NCBI GenBank assembly: GCA_965219665.1
Contig: CBDCOD010000023.1
Span: 56,114-120,113 of the forward strand
DNA length: 64,000 nucleotides
Origin: Gammaproteobacteria bacterium
GTDB lineage: Bacteria > Pseudomonadota > Gammaproteobacteria > CAKMZV01
Direction of reading: 5' to 3'
This document shows, in pieces, positions 49,011 through 61,070 of the stretch. Position numbers and translations under genes: made by a program. The notes under the pieces were generated by a model. That model saw nothing but the letters and a program-made list of their open reading frames with translations. It did not search any database and was not told the origin of the DNA. Each line of letters starts with the position of its first letter. Position 1 is the stretch's first letter.

Positions 49011-50247
49011 GTCTGCCGCAACTATCTGGTTACTTGCGGCTATCTTAGGGGCTTTCCTTGCTTGGGCTGCTTTATTTGAGTTAGATCAAGTCGTTCGCTC
49101 ACAAGGAAAGGTTGTACCCAGTGGACAGAACAAGTTAGTTCAACATTTAGAGGGTGGCATCATTGCAGATATTTTTATCAATGAAGGGGACCTTGTAAAA
49201 ATAAATCAGCCACTTTTTCGTTTAGAAAACATCTCTGCTAAAGCACGGCTGTTAGATGTTGAGATAGATAGGTTGTCATTACTATACCGTAAAACCCGCT
49301 TAGAGCAGCAGATACAAGGCAAAAAAACTATTCGCTTTCCTACAGACTCTCATGCTGAAGCTGCTCAAATCAAACAGAATGAACTGGAGTTGTACCGCTC
49401 TGAAATAGCAGATTTTTTGAACCAACAAAATGTCCTAATAACTTCTATTAAATTCAAAAAAGCAACTTTAACCGAACAAGAAATTCTATTGGACAACCTG
49501 AAGAATGAGTTAAGGTTAGCACAAGAAGACTTGGTATTGCTACGGCGGCTAGAAAAAAGCGGCGCAGTTTCACGTCGCGAATTATTAGTCTCAGAAGGCA
49601 AAATACAAGCAATCAAAACACGTCTCGATAGTACAAACGCTTCCATCCCATCTGCAAAAGCAGAGATAAAAACCGCACAAGCACGCTTAAAGCAAAACAA
49701 ATCAAATTACACATTGAGTCTACAAAATGAACTCAATGATATTAGCCTCAGACTAAGCAAAGCTGTTGAACAGCAACGCGCTAATAAAGACCGTGAACAG
49801 CGCACTATCATCAATTCACCTGTTGATGGTATTATAAATCGCCTCTTAGTTAACACAAAAGGCGGCATCATTCAACCAGGAGATACTTTAGCAGAGATTA
49901 CGCCTTTGAACGAAATGCTCATAGTAGAAGCGCAAATTGCAGTACGTGATCGAGGTGATATTTGGCTAAATCAGGCAGTAAAAATCAAAATAAGTGCTTA
50001 TGATTTTACAAAATATGGGGTTTTGGAAGGATACATCACTCAAATCAGCCCCGATAGCTCCAGCGATAATCAAGGTAATTTTTTCTACACAGCCCGTATC
50101 AATGTTAGTCAAAATTTTGGTGAGGACAAACCTATTATTCCAGGTATGGTAGCCCAAATAGATATCATTACCGGAAAGAAAACTATACTGGAATACTTGC
50201 TTAACCCTATTCGTCGCTCACTATCTACTGCATTACGCGAGAATTAG
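48985..50247 (+). CDS. HlyD-family type I secretion periplasmic adaptor
   Basis: N-terminal TM, a long coiled-coil and a C-terminal beta domain. Overlaps the ABC gene. Confidence 0.85.
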   Translation: MGLGVIVFRSAATIWLLAAILGAFLAWAALFELDQVVRSQGKVVPSGQNKLVQHLEGGIIADIFINEGDLVKINQPLFRLENISAKARLLDVEIDRLSLLYRKTRLEQQIQGKKTIRFPTDSHAEAAQIKQNELELYRSEIADFLNQQNVLITSIKFKKATLTEQEILLDNLKNELRLAQEDLVLLRRLEKSGAVSRRELLVSEGKIQAIKTRLDSTNASIPSAKAEIKTAQARLKQNKSNYTLSLQNELNDISLRLSKAVEQQRANKDREQRTIINSPVDGIINRLLVNTKGGIIQPGDTLAEITPLNEMLIVEAQIAVRDRGDIWLNQAVKIKISAYDFTKYGVLEGYITQISPDSSSDNQGNFFYTARINVSQNFGEDKPIIPGMVAQIDIITGKKTILEYLLNPIRRSLSTALREN

Positions 50248-50337
50248 AAAGAATCTTTACATGGTACTTGTTTATAATATGGTGTAAGCATAGTTTATTC
50301 TAATCTGTATTAAACCGTATTCTGAAAATAAAACCGT

Positions 50338-51510
50338 ATGACAACAGTTGGCATTGACTCTATAGCACTATATACTCCTTCTTTTTATATGGACTTGGCA
50401 GAACTTGCAACAGTGCATAATTGCCCTAAAGATAAATATTATTCAGGCATAGGACAAGAGCGCATGAGCGTCCTACCTCCAGATGAAGATGCGGTAACTT
50501 TGGCCGCAAATGCTGCAAACATAACACTTTGCGGTGAAGACCTGAGTAAAATAAAGGCGGTGCTGTTTGCAACTGAAACAAGTGTTGACCAATCAAAATC
50601 TGCAGGCGTTTTCCTACACCAACTCCTCAATTTGCCAGATGATTGCCGCATTATTGAAATGAAACAGGCTTGCTATAGTAGCACATTTGCCTTGCAAACT
50701 GCCCGTATGATGGTACAAGCCAATCCCGAAAGCAAAGTGCTCGTTATTGGATCTGATAATGCGCGTTACACGCTAAATACTCCTGGAGAAGCCACTCAAG
50801 GATGTGGGGCCGTTGCTATGCTGGTTAGCAGTGATCCGCGTATTTTACAACTCAATGATCAATCAGCAGTATACAGTAGCCATACTATGGATTTTTGGCG
50901 ACCTAACTACCTAAACTCAGCTATTGTAGATGGCAAATATTCTACAAAAATTTATTTATCTGCCCTTAAAGAGTGCTGGAAGCGATACCACTCTCTTTCA
51001 GGTAGGTTGCATGAGATTAGTTATCTTGTATTTCATCTTCCATTTACACGCATAGCTGAGAAGGCATTGAAAATTTTATTTAGTGGGGACAAAACCAAAT
51101 TACAGGATAGTTTAGAGCGTGCCAAATCCAGTTTAGTGTACAACCGCTTAGTCGGAAACTCCTACACAGCCTCTCTTTACATAGCGCTCTGCTCCTTGTT
51201 GGATAACACTGATACAGACCTAAGTTACGAGCAAATTGCATTGTTTAGTTATGGTTCTGGCTTTACAGCAGAGCTTTTCACAGGTACGCTGGTACAAGGC
51301 TATAAGGAGCACCTTCATGCCGAGCAGCACCGCGATATTTTACAGAAACGTAAAGCTCTAAGTTACGAAGAATATTTGCATTTTTACAATTATCAACTTC
51401 CTGAAAGTGGTGAAGAACATACCATTAAATCTTATACAAAAGGTCGTTTTAGATTAGCAGGAGTTAACAACCACAAGCGCATATATGAACAGAGTAAACA
51501 TTATGAATAA
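50338..51510 (+). CDS. mvaS: Hydroxymethylglutaryl-CoA synthase family protein
   Basis: Catalytic triad context: [10 protein letters not shown] (Cys), [21 protein letters not shown] (His), YTASLYIAL and FSYGSG match bacterial HMGS. Confidence 0.8.
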   Translation: MTTVGIDSIALYTPSFYMDLAELATVHNCPKDKYYSGIGQERMSVLPPDEDAVTLAANAANITLCGEDLSKIKAVLFATETSVDQSKSAGVFLHQLLNLPDDCRIIEMKQACYSSTFALQTARMMVQANPESKVLVIGSDNARYTLNTPGEATQGCGAVAMLVSSDPRILQLNDQSAVYSSHTMDFWRPNYLNSAIVDGKYSTKIYLSALKECWKRYHSLSGRLHEISYLVFHLPFTRIAEKALKILFSGDKTKLQDSLERAKSSLVYNRLVGNSYTASLYIALCSLLDNTDTDLSYEQIALFSYGSGFTAELFTGTLVQGYKEHLHAEQHRDILQKRKALSYEEYLHFYNYQLPESGEEHTIKSYTKGRFRLAGVNNHKRIYEQSKHYE

Positions 51511-51898
51511 AACACAAAAATTACATCAAAAGCAGAAAGGATTTACGCTAATAGAAATTATGGTCGTGGTGGTCATTCTTGGTATTTTAGCTACCATTGT
51601 GGTGCCTAAAATTCTGGATAGACCTGATGAAGCACGCGTTCAAAAAGCCAGGCAAGATATCCGTGCTTTCGAAGGTGCCCTCAGTTTATACAAATTGGAT
51701 AATTTTTCTTACCCGGATACCGGAGAAGGTTTAGGAGCATTGCAAGGGCGCTATATGGAACGCATACCAAATGATCCTTGGGGAAATGAATACCAGTACA
51801 TCAGCCCAGGAACCTCCGGCAGTTACGACATCTATTCCTTCGGCGCAGATGGCACTCCTGGTGGTGATGGTGTCAATGCAGACATTGGTAACCTTTAA
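51503..51898 (+). CDS. gspG: Type II secretion major pseudopilin GspG
   Basis: [25 protein letters not shown] prepilin motif and a GspG core ([33 protein letters not shown]). The ORF track starts at an upstream Met at 51485. Confidence 0.85.
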   Translation: MNKTQKLHQKQKGFTLIEIMVVVVILGILATIVVPKILDRPDEARVQKARQDIRAFEGALSLYKLDNFSYPDTGEGLGALQGRYMERIPNDPWGNEYQYISPGTSGSYDIYSFGADGTPGGDGVNADIGNL

Positions 51899-52210
51899 GT
51901 CATCCGGTAACTTGTTTCTGTTATACAATAAGAAAACCAATGCAATCAGAACCTTTTTCTCATCCATACTGAGTTGAAAATGACGCAACTGTACGTTTTT
52001 TTCGGTACACTACTCGCCCAAAAAAAAGAACCCGAAAACGCGCTAGGCAGTCAAAATACTCAAAATGACCCACCCTAGTCCAAATTGTGTCCGCTTAACT
52101 ACCCAATGACGCACCTTATAGGACTTTATCAAGATCTTGTGGCTCTTTTATCTGCAGTCAGTAACAAGGCTGCATTTTAAGTATACTGTTATTTTTTGTA
52201 GGAGAACAAA

Positions 52211-53902
52211 TTGAAATTAACTGGTGCGCAGATATTAGTAGAAGCATTGAAATGTGAAGGTGTTAAGAGTATATGGGGATACCCAGGTGGGGCTGTGCTG
52301 CATATTTATGATGCACTTCACAAAGACAAAGACCTTGAGCATATTTTAGTTCGCCATGAGCAAGCTGCCACACACGCAGCGGATGGATACGCTCGTTCAA
52401 CGGGTGAGACTGGTGTTGTTCTGGTTACCTCTGGGCCAGGCGCTACAAATGCTATAACCGGCATTGCTACCGCATATATGGACTCAATACCAATGGTCGT
52501 TATTTCTGGTCAAGTCCCTACCCCGCTCATTGGTTATGATTCTTTTCAAGAAGTTGATATGGTAGGCGTTAGCCGCCCAGTGGTTAAACATAATTTTTTG
52601 GTTAAGGACGTCAATAGCCTTGCTATGACTATTAAAAAAGCTTTTTATTTGGCAGCGAATGGACGACCCGGTCCAGTTGTTATTGACATTCCAAAAGACA
52701 TAACTGCAGATAGCTGCGAGTTTAAATACCCTGATTCCATCACGATGCGCACTTTTCAGCCAGCTGAACGTGGTCATTTAGGTCAAATTAGAAAAGCGCT
52801 GTCTCTCATGCTACAGAGCAAACGTCCCGTGTTATATACTGGGGGCGGTGTCATATTAGGAAAAGCGTGTGACAATCTTGTCAAATTAACAAAACATCTA
52901 AACTTTCCTATTACCAACACACTCATGGGTTTAGGTGCTTTTCCTGGAAATGATGCGCTTTTTTTGGGCATGCTGGGCATGCATGGTACTTATGAGGCAA
53001 ATCTTGCCATGCATAACTGTGACGTACTTGTAGCCATTGGAGCACGCTTTGACGATCGAGTTACTGGGAAATTAGAGCGTTTTTGTCCTTACGCTAAAGT
53101 CATTCACATTGACATTGACCCTTCCAGTATAGCCAAAAACGTAGAAGTAGATGTGCCCATTGTAGGCAATGTTAATGCGGTTTTGGAGGATATGCTAGCT
53201 GAGTTACAAACTGAAGATTTCAGCAAAGTACCCGTAATTGATGATTGGTGGGAGCAAATTAACGAGTGGCGTAAAGAAGAATGCTTGGCATATAAACTTT
53301 CCAGTACACGCATCAAACCACAACAAGTTATAGAAACTATTTATGAATTGACTAATGGCGATGCTTACATCACTTCTGATGTAGGGCAGCATCAAATGTG
53401 GGCTGCACAGTATTACAAATTCTCTAAGCCTCACCGCTGGATTAATTCAGGCGGATTGGGAACGATGGGATTTGGCTTCCCAGCTGCTATGGGTGTGAAA
53501 CTTGCGCATAGAGATGAAGAAGTTATTTGTGTAACAGGTGAAGGTAGTATACAAATGATGCTACAAGAAATATCGACCTGTTCCCAATATAACCTACCAG
53601 TCAAAATTTTATGTCTAAATAATGGCTATTTAGGTATGGTGCGTCAATGGCAAGAATTCTTCTATGAAAGTCGTTATGCGATGTCTTACATGGAATCTCT
53701 GCCTGATTTTGTTAAATTGGTAGAGTCCTACGGCCATGTTGGTATTCGGATTGAAAAACCTGAAGAATTACGCTCTGGCATAGAACAGGCCTTAAGTATA
53801 CGAGACAAATTAGTGTTTATTGATGTTATCACAGATCGGGAGGAAAATGTATTCCCTATGATCCCAGCTGGTGCTGGCCAAGATGAAATGATTTTAAACT
53901 AG
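52211..53902 (+). CDS. ilvI: Acetolactate synthase large subunit
   Basis: ThDP-enzyme motifs, FAD and ThDP domains. TTG start 7 nt after a GGAG. Confidence 0.95.
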   Translation: MKLTGAQILVEALKCEGVKSIWGYPGGAVLHIYDALHKDKDLEHILVRHEQAATHAADGYARSTGETGVVLVTSGPGATNAITGIATAYMDSIPMVVISGQVPTPLIGYDSFQEVDMVGVSRPVVKHNFLVKDVNSLAMTIKKAFYLAANGRPGPVVIDIPKDITADSCEFKYPDSITMRTFQPAERGHLGQIRKALSLMLQSKRPVLYTGGGVILGKACDNLVKLTKHLNFPITNTLMGLGAFPGNDALFLGMLGMHGTYEANLAMHNCDVLVAIGARFDDRVTGKLERFCPYAKVIHIDIDPSSIAKNVEVDVPIVGNVNAVLEDMLAELQTEDFSKVPVIDDWWEQINEWRKEECLAYKLSSTRIKPQQVIETIYELTNGDAYITSDVGQHQMWAAQYYKFSKPHRWINSGGLGTMGFGFPAAMGVKLAHRDEEVICVTGEGSIQMMLQEISTCSQYNLPVKILCLNNGYLGMVRQWQEFFYESRYAMSYMESLPDFVKLVESYGHVGIRIEKPEELRSGIEQALSIRDKLVFIDVITDREENVFPMIPAGAGQDEMILN

Positions 53903-53915
53903 GGAGTTACTCGTT

Positions 53916-54413
53916 ATGTCATACCACATTATTTCTATTCTGCTTGAAAATGAGACTGGCGCGCTTTCTCGTCTTGTTGGGCTTTTCTCTGCACGAGGTT
54001 ACAATATTGAGTCTTTAGTTGTCGCACCTACTGAAAATGACTCTTTATCGCGCCTTGTATTGACAACAAAAGGGTCGGACACCGTTATCGAGCAAATTGT
54101 AAAACAGCTCAATAAATTAGCAGATATTGTTAAAGTTATTGATATGACACATAGCAAGCATATTGAGCGCGAAGCCTTATTGATTAAGTTAGATGCTCAA
54201 TTGCCCAGTAATCGTGATGAAATACTCCGATTAGTAGATATATTTCGCGGTCAAATAATTGATGTATCTCAGCAAATTTATATTGTTCAGTTATTGGGAA
54301 CAAAAGAAAAAATCGCTGCGTTTATTCAGGCAGTGGACGAAGGTCTGATTATAGAAATTGTTCGAACAGGACCACTTGGCATTCAGCGCGGCAGAAAAGC
54401 ATTAACCCTCTGA
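53916..54413 (+). CDS. ilvH: Acetolactate synthase small (regulatory) subunit
   Basis: ACT domain with the ISILLENETGALSRLVGLFSARGYNIESL motif. Confidence 0.9.
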   Translation: MSYHIISILLENETGALSRLVGLFSARGYNIESLVVAPTENDSLSRLVLTTKGSDTVIEQIVKQLNKLADIVKVIDMTHSKHIEREALLIKLDAQLPSNRDEILRLVDIFRGQIIDVSQQIYIVQLLGTKEKIAAFIQAVDEGLIIEIVRTGPLGIQRGRKALTL

Positions 54414-54431
54414 ATATTCAGAGGCATTTAA

Positions 54432-55465
<1,034 letters not shown>

Positions 55466-55466
<1 letters not shown>

Positions 55467-57373
55467 TGCTCACTATTACACTCCCTGACGGGACTCAGCA
55501 ACAGCATGGTGCACCTGTCACCCCCTTTGATATTGCAGAACGCATTAGCCCACACTTAGCAAAAGCAGCAGTTGCTGCAGTTGTCGATGATTCTGAGTGT
55601 GATTTATCTGATGCTATTACGAAAAATGCCAATATTCGCCTGTTGACACTCAAAGATGAGGCAGGCATTGACGTAATGCGCCACAGTTGTGCACATTTAC
55701 TTGGTCACGCCCTCAAGCAACTGTACCCTCACGCTAAAATGGCTATTGGACCAGTAATTGAACATGGATTTTATTACGATATAGATTTAGATCATGCGTT
55801 AACTCCTGATGATTTACCACGCATTGAGCAACGCATGCTAGAGTTGGCAAAAACAAATTATGCCGTTGAGAAGCGTATAACCCCTCGTGAAGAAGCAATA
55901 CGCATTTTTACAGAGCGTCAGGAAGATTATAAGCTGGCTCTTATTGCAGATATGCCTGATGAAAATTCTTTAGGTTTGTATCATCATGAAGAGTATGTGG
56001 ATATGTGTCGTGGCCCTCACCTACCTCAAATGGGCTTTTGTAAATTCTTTAAGTTAACGCATCTTGCTGGTGCATATTGGCGAGGAAATTCAGATAACAA
56101 AATGCTACAACGCATTTATGGTGTTGCCTTCCCAGACAAAAGCAAGCTTAAAGCACATCTGAATATGCTAGAAGAGGCTAAAAAGCGCGACCACCGTAAA
56201 ATTGGCAAAGCACTTTCACTATTCCATCTACAAGAAGAAGCTCCAGGCATGGTTTTTTGGCATGCTCGCGGAATGACTTTATATAAGTTGGTGGAGGAGC
56301 ACATGCGCAAAAAAATATCAATGCATGGTTATGAAGAAATCCGCACACCCTTAATTTTAGACCGCGTTTTGTGGGAGCAGTCAGGCCACTGGGAAAAATT
56401 CTCAGACAATATGTTCACCACACACACTGAAAATCGTGATTATGCGATAAAACCTATGAACTGCCCCGGTCACGTCCAAATATTTAACCAACGCTTAAAT
56501 AGTTATCGGGATTTGCCTATCAGGTTGGCTGAATTTGGACATTGCCACCGCAATGAGGCTTCTGGCACACTACACGGCTTGATGCGTGTGCGCTCTTTTA
56601 CACAAGATGATGCGCATGTATTTTGTTCCGATAATCAAATCAAACAAGAAGTACAGGCATGCATGGACTTGATTTTTGAGGTATACCGTGATTTTGGATT
56701 CGAGGATATACTACTCAAATTGTCTACACGCCCTGAACAGCGAGTGGGCAGTGACTATATCTGGGATAAATCTGAAAAAGCGCTTGAAGAAGTCCTTGAT
56801 AGCTGTGATTACCCTTGGGAATTGCAGCCAGGCGAAGGAGCATTTTATGGACCAAAGATTGAATTCTCTTTAACAGACTGCATTGGACGTGTATGGCAGT
56901 GCGGAACCGTTCAGGTGGATTTTTCAATGCCTGAGAGGCTCAACGCACACTATATAGATGAAAATGGCGAGAGACAAGTCCCCGTAATGATTCATCGTGC
57001 TGTATTAGGATCCTTAGAGCGTTTTATTGGCATCCTTATAGAAAACTATGAAGGCAAGTTGCCCATATGGCTATCGCCTGTTCAAGTTATTGTTATGGGT
57101 ATAAGTCAAAATCAGAACAGTTACACCAGTCAAGTCTGCAATCAATTAATAGATGCTGGTATTAGAGCAGAAGTTGATTTGCGTAATGAAAAAATTGGGT
57201 ATAAGATCCGTGAACATACCTTACAGCGCATCCCTCTATTATTGATTGCAGGCGAGCGTGAAGTCGAAAACAATACTATAGCAATTAGACAGCGCAATGG
57301 CAAAGATTTAGGCAGCCAGAGCATCCCCGATTTTATCAATTGGCTAAAACAACATCCCAATCTAACTAACTAA
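55466..57373 (+). CDS. thrS: Threonyl-tRNA synthetase
   Basis: TGS and editing domains plus class II core motifs across the full length. The start ATG overlaps the ilvC stop (TAATG). Confidence 0.95.
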
Positions 57374-57392
57374 CCTAAGAGACACATTACTT

Positions 57393-57944
57393 ATGAAAAG
57401 ACGCGGTGGGCGACGCCCGCAACAAAAAATTATTTTGCCTGATATTAGAGCAAATAACCGTATCAATGCAGAAAATGTCCTTCTCCTTGATGAAGAAGGG
57501 AGTTCATTAGGTGTAGTACCTACCAAAGATGCCTTAGAAGAATCACAAAAAAGAGATTTAGATTTGGTTGAAATTGCTCCTCAAGCCAAGCCACCTGTTT
57601 GCAAAATCATGAACTTTAGCAGACACCTTTTTGAATTAAAAAAACGTAAGGCAGAGGCGAAGAAAAACCAGAAGAAAATCATACATAAATCTATAAAATT
57701 TCGCCCCAATACTGATACAGGAGACTATGATGTAAAACTCCGTAAAATCACGGAATTCATTGAGCGCGGTAATCATGTAAAAATACTGGTTTGGTTTAGA
57801 GGGCGAGAACTTATGCATCATGATCTGGGTGAACGATTGCTAGAGCGCATAAAAAACGACCTGAAGGATAAAGTTACCGTACAATCAGATGCCAAATTAG
57901 AAGGGCGTCAAATGATTATGGTTCTGTGTCCATTGATTAAATAA
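57393..57944 (+). CDS. infC: Translation initiation factor IF-3
   Basis: 183 aa, directly downstream of thrS, with an IF3 N- and C-domain pattern. The real start codon may be a non-ATG upstream of the ORF-track start. Confidence 0.85.
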   Translation: MKRRGGRRPQQKIILPDIRANNRINAENVLLLDEEGSSLGVVPTKDALEESQKRDLDLVEIAPQAKPPVCKIMNFSRHLFELKKRKAEAKKNQKKIIHKSIKFRPNTDTGDYDVKLRKITEFIERGNHVKILVWFRGRELMHHDLGERLLERIKNDLKDKVTVQSDAKLEGRQMIMVLCPLIK

Positions 57945-57961
57945 TAAGTAGTATACACATA

Positions 57962-58882
57962 ATGAATTTTGCAGATAAAGACGGACTAATTTGGTTTGAT
58001 GGGCAGTGGGTGGACTGGCGTGATGCAAAAATCCACGTACTAACGCACACCCTACATTATGGCATGGGTGTGTTTGAAGGAGTTCGTGCCTATACAACAG
58101 AACATGGTCCCGCCATATTCCGTTTAACAGAGCATACCGAGCGCTTATTTAACTCTGCTAAAATCATGCAGATGTCCATCCCCTTTGATGCAGACACCCT
58201 TAATCAAGCACAGTTAGAATCCGTTTCGCGCAATCAGTTAGACTCTGCCTACATAAGGCCTATGGCATTTTATGGTTCTGAAGGCATGGGCTTGCGCGCA
58301 GACAATCTCAAGGTACATGTTATCATTGCCTCATGGTCGTGGGGCGCTTATTTAGGTAAAGAAAATTTAGAAAAAGGCATTCGTATTCGCACCTCTTCCT
58401 TTTCACGCCATCATGTTAATGCAACTATGTGCCGTGCAAAAGCCAATGGTAACTATATCAACTCTATGCTTGCACTATCAGATGCCCTGCGCGACGGATA
58501 TGATGAGGCCTTGCTGCTGGATGTAAATGGATATGTTGCAGAAGGCAGTGGCGAAAACTTCTTCCTGGTAAAAGATGGTGCGCTACACACTCCAACGCTC
58601 ACTTCGGCGTTAGACGGAATCACAAGAAAAACTATAATACAACTGGCTCATGATAATGCCATCCCTCTGATTGAAAGACAAATTACGCGTGATGAGGTGT
58701 ATTGTGCTGATGAAGCATTTTTTACTGGAACTGCTGCTGAAGTTACTCCAATTCGTGAGTTAGATGGACGCACGATTGGTTGTGGCTCACGAGGACCCAT
58801 TACCGAAACACTACAGCAACAATACTTTGATTTAGTAGCTGGCAAGACAGCTGCATATAAGCACTGGCTTAGATGGGTTTAA
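57962..58882 (+). CDS. ilvE: Branched-chain amino acid aminotransferase
   Basis: Class IV aminotransferase with GVFEGVRAY and PLP-binding lysine context. Confidence 0.9.
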   Translation: MNFADKDGLIWFDGQWVDWRDAKIHVLTHTLHYGMGVFEGVRAYTTEHGPAIFRLTEHTERLFNSAKIMQMSIPFDADTLNQAQLESVSRNQLDSAYIRPMAFYGSEGMGLRADNLKVHVIIASWSWGAYLGKENLEKGIRIRTSSFSRHHVNATMCRAKANGNYINSMLALSDALRDGYDEALLLDVNGYVAEGSGENFFLVKDGALHTPTLTSALDGITRKTIIQLAHDNAIPLIERQITRDEVYCADEAFFTGTAAEVTPIRELDGRTIGCGSRGPITETLQQQYFDLVAGKTAAYKHWLRWV

Positions 58883-58902
58883 TCAAGTATTCAGATATAA
58901 TT

Positions 58903-59088
58903 ATGAACAAAGAGTCCAAAGTACACATTAGCGAACACGATTTGCCGCTCTACTGTCCTGTAAAAGAGATTTGGGATGGTCATCCTAAAGTGTTTATCCC
59001 GATTGAAAAAACCGAGGGTTCAAAAGCTCTATGCCCCTACTGCGGGACACTCTATATTCTTTCCTATACATCAAGCAATAATAATTAA
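58903..59088 (+). CDS. Small zinc-finger (zf-CHCC-like) protein
   Basis: CP...HPKVFIPI...CPYCGTLY resembles the CHCC zinc-finger family. Start taken at the internal Met. Confidence 0.45.
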   Translation: MNKESKVHISEHDLPLYCPVKEIWDGHPKVFIPIEKTEGSKALCPYCGTLYILSYTSSNNN

Positions 59089-59091
59089 TTA

Positions 59092-59655
59092 ATGTCTTTT
59101 AATGATACGCTACATGAGCACCAAAAAGTTTTTGAGGAATTAGCCGCTTTAACGCCTCAAATAGAGAACATAACGGCACTTTGTGTTAATACTATACAAA
59201 AAGGCAGAACTTTATTTTGGGCAGGAAATGGTGGAAGTGCTGCTGATGCACAACACATGGCAGCTGAACTGGTCGTGCGTTATGTGAAAAATCGTAGTGC
59301 AATCCGCTCTATAGCTCTAACAACAGATACTTCAATTTTAACTGCTTGTGGCAACGACTTAGGATATGAGCATATTTTTGCACGACAAATAGAAGCGCTT
59401 GCTGTTTCAGAAGACACTCTCATCCTACTAAGCACTTCAGGAAATAGCCCTAACTGTGTTTTAGGCTTGGAACAAGCTGACAAACAAAACGTTACAACCA
59501 TATCCATCACTGGCCAAGAATCATCGAAACTTTCAGAAAAATCACATTATTGTCTACAAGTGCCCTCTCTCACTACTGCACGTATCCAAGAAGCAACCAC
59601 CTTAATTGCACACTATATATGCCAACAAGTTGAAAGCATAGCTACAAAAACATGA
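59092..59655 (+). CDS. gmhA: Phosphoheptose isomerase (SIS domain)
   Basis: SIS-domain GNGGSAADAQH motif, 187 aa, upstream of hldE. Confidence 0.8.
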   Translation: MSFNDTLHEHQKVFEELAALTPQIENITALCVNTIQKGRTLFWAGNGGSAADAQHMAAELVVRYVKNRSAIRSIALTTDTSILTACGNDLGYEHIFARQIEALAVSEDTLILLSTSGNSPNCVLGLEQADKQNVTTISITGQESSKLSEKSHYCLQVPSLTTARIQEATTLIAHYICQQVESIATKT

Positions 59656-61070
59656 ATATCAATTTTGCTCAAGCTCGGGTACTCGTTATCGGTGATGTAA
59701 TGCTAGATCGATATTGGCATGGATCAACTCAACGAATATCACCCGAGGCTCCTATTCCAATCGTAACGATTGCCAGAGAGGAGCAAAGACCTGGCGGAGC
59801 GGCTAATGTAGCGCTGAATGCTGCTACTTTGGGAGCAGATGTTACGTTAATTGGAGTCGTTGGTGAAGATGAGAGTGCTAACCAGTTGCATGACATCCTA
59901 AGCAGTGCTGGCGTACATTGCGCTTTCATTAAGAGCAAAAATATACGCACTACAGAAAAATTGCGCATCTTAGGTCAGGAGCAACAAATGCTGCGCGCAG
60001 ACTTTGAAAATGAACTCACTATTGAACCTCGTACCATCGGAAAGTACTTGGAAGAATATCTGGCAACTGCTGATGTCATTATATGCTCTGACTATAACAA
60101 AGGTGCCCTACACCATATTGAGTTACTCATTAGCATGGCTAATGATGCAGGAAAAATAATAATAGTAGATCCCAAAGGCTTAGACTTTGGGCGCTACAGT
60201 AAAGCGACCACTATAACGCCTAACGCTAAAGAATTTGAAGCTGTTGTTGGTTCTTGGCAAGATGAAAATGATTTTATCAACAAGGCGCAACTATTGATTG
60301 AAACAACAGAGATTAACTCAATTTTGGTTACACGTGGTGACCGTGGAATGACTTGGGTTAGCAATGACTCCGAAGTAATTCATGTCCCTACTGTTGCTCA
60401 AGAGATCTTTGATGTCTCAGGAGCCGGGGATACTGTCATTGCCACTTTAGGCATTTGTATGGCACTAAGAATGCCTATAAAGCAAGCCCTAACACTTGCT
60501 AATAATGCAGCCGGTATAGTGGTTGGGAAACAAGGAACTGCAATTGTGACCCCTGCTGAGTTAAACAACCGAGCAACTAACACTCCGAGTAAAGTGTACA
60601 GTTCAGATGCTCTCCAACAGATTGTCAGATATGCACAGGAACGAGGAGAAACTGTCGTCATGACGAATGGTTGCTTTGATATCTTACATTCAGGGCATAT
60701 TGATTCACTTAGGCAAGCCAAAGAGCATGGAGAACGTCTTATTATTGCGCTTAACTCCGATGCTTCCATAAAACGCCTTAAAGGAGAGCAGCGCCCTATC
60801 AACTCATTAGAACACCGTATAGCTGTCCTACAGGCGTTATCTTATGTTGATTGGATTGTCGTTTTTGGAGACGACCCAGAGGAACATGATTGCCCTGAGA
60901 AACTATATAGCCAGCTATTGCCTGATGTTATTGCAAAGGGCGGAGATTACACAGAAGAACAAGTTGCTGGCTCAGAAGCAGTTAAATCCAATGGTGGTAA
61001 AGTAGTTATCATTGATTTTATAGATAATATCTCCACTTCTTCCATTATTACTAAAATAAAAGAAGGATGA
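59652..61070 (+). CDS. hldE: Bifunctional D-beta-D-heptose 7-phosphate kinase / heptose 1-phosphate adenylyltransferase
   Basis: N-terminal PfkB-type kinase (GDVMLDRYWHG, DVSGAGDT) and C-terminal cytidylyltransferase (TNGCFDILHSGH). Confidence 0.9.
   Translation: MNINFAQARVLVIGDVMLDRYWHGSTQRISPEAPIPIVTIAREEQRPGGAANVALNAATLGADVTLIGVVGEDESANQLHDILSSAGVHCAFIKSKNIRTTEKLRILGQEQQMLRADFENELTIEPRTIGKYLEEYLATADVIICSDYNKGALHHIELLISMANDAGKIIIVDPKGLDFGRYSKATTITPNAKEFEAVVGSWQDENDFINKAQLLIETTEINSILVTRGDRGMTWVSNDSEVIHVPTVAQEIFDVSGAGDTVIATLGICMALRMPIKQALTLANNAAGIVVGKQGTAIVTPAELNNRATNTPSKVYSSDALQQIVRYAQERGETVVMTNGCFDILHSGHIDSLRQAKEHGERLIIALNSDASIKRLKGEQRPINSLEHRIAVLQALSYVDWIVVFGDDPEEHDCPEKLYSQLLPDVIAKGGDYTEEQVAGSEAVKSNGGKVVIIDFIDNISTSSIITKIKEG

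Noticed and set aside
51899-52210. Possible ilv attenuator leader peptide upstream of ilvI (small ORF reading MTQLYVFFGTLLAQKK...)
   Set aside because: No run of Ile/Val/Leu codons and no obvious terminator/antiterminator pair. Probably non-coding.
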